Assembly (NCBI RefSeq): GCF_009914755.1
Contig: NC_060926.1
Source of the DNA: the human T2T-CHM13v2.0 reference genome, Homo sapiens
Direction: 5' to 3' (one strand)
DNA length: 64,000 bases
Shown piece after piece: positions 63,230-64,000 of this stretch (position 1 is its first letter; the number at the start of each line of letters is the position of its first letter). The position numbers were made by a program, and so were the translations under genes. The notes beneath the pieces are model-generated. The model was not told the DNA's origin. It did not search any database and saw only the letters and a list, made by a program, of their open reading frames with translations.

Positions 63230-64000
63230 TAAGCTAGTTAAGGCATTGTTGCAAGTGTACATATAAAGTGCAGTTTTCTTTTAATTTGATTGTGATTGAG
63301 CCTGTAACTTATGGTGGGAGTTACAAGCCAAACCATCAGCTCAGTTTTACAGATACGCGTTTAAAACTATATTATCAGAGGTCAGGAGATTTGAGCACTA
63401 ATCATTTATGTTATCAGCATTGTCTATTGCTTTTGGTCTGAAAAGCACCAAATCATTAGCATTCTCTTTAGTCTTTTAGCAAAATAAAAAGTATAGATCT
63501 GCTAAGCAATGATAGCTATACAACAAAAATTATTTTTGTGAATGGATACTATTTTTAATGCATTGAATTTGTCATGTATTTATGGGTATAATGATCTTTT
63601 ATGTTAGTACCTTATCGTGGATAGTAATTTAAGTGTGTAAACATAGTTTAGAAGTGGGAAGCCAGGTAGAAGTTTTACAAGAACATTTAAGATGGACAGG
63701 GGGCCTAAAAAGGCTTGCTATGGGAGGTTATACAGAGTTGACATATCTCTAAATAGAATGTTGAAGAAAAGTAGAGGCAAGGACAGGCTAAGAAGAATAA
63801 ATAAAGCTTTCTGGTAAGTGTGAGGAATTGTGTGAGTTGTGACTCAGAAGCAAAAAAATATTTTAAACATGGGAGTGGCATATGTCTTTTTTATAGGCTA
63901 CTTTTATTTGAAGAAAAAAAAATGAGAGAGAAATCCCTCTCCCTGTACTCAAGAGCTATCTTTAGATATGAATCTTAAAGCAATATCAAAACTGCATGAT

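Overview
Human/hominid genomic DNA, very rich in repeats. It holds the divergent 5' ends of two genes. RAB3GAP1 (+ strand) has a CpG-island promoter at ~22.7 kb and coding exons 1-4 at 22772-22789, 22894-22949, 28475-28550 and 61474-61606; these splice in frame to MAADSEPESEVFEITDFTTASEWERFISKVEEV... The neighbouring minus-strand gene is MAP3K19 by known synteny, with first exons at ~17646-17910, 10824-10963 and 776-964 and an RFX X-box promoter. The most interesting observation is that these nominally non-coding MAP3K19 5'-UTR exons 2 and 3 splice in phase 0 into a 121-codon ankyrin-repeat reading frame (…NTPLITAAEENLTE|VVGFLLEK*VDITLCNYSNRTAIHVA…QGDLEQVQHLL). The frame is broken by a single TGA where the ankyrin consensus has Gly, so it looks like a fossilised N-terminal ankyrin module of the kinase. 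Other notable items: a full-length SVA with a 53-nt 5' transduction, a 38-bp promoter segment copied into an MLT1 LTR, several template-switch-like hairpin scars, an internally deleted ERV1 provirus with a tRNA-Ile PBS, a young AluYd8, a twin-primed L1PA and a U13 snoRNA retrocopy. Repeat family names come from recognition of consensus sequences and were not verified by a search.
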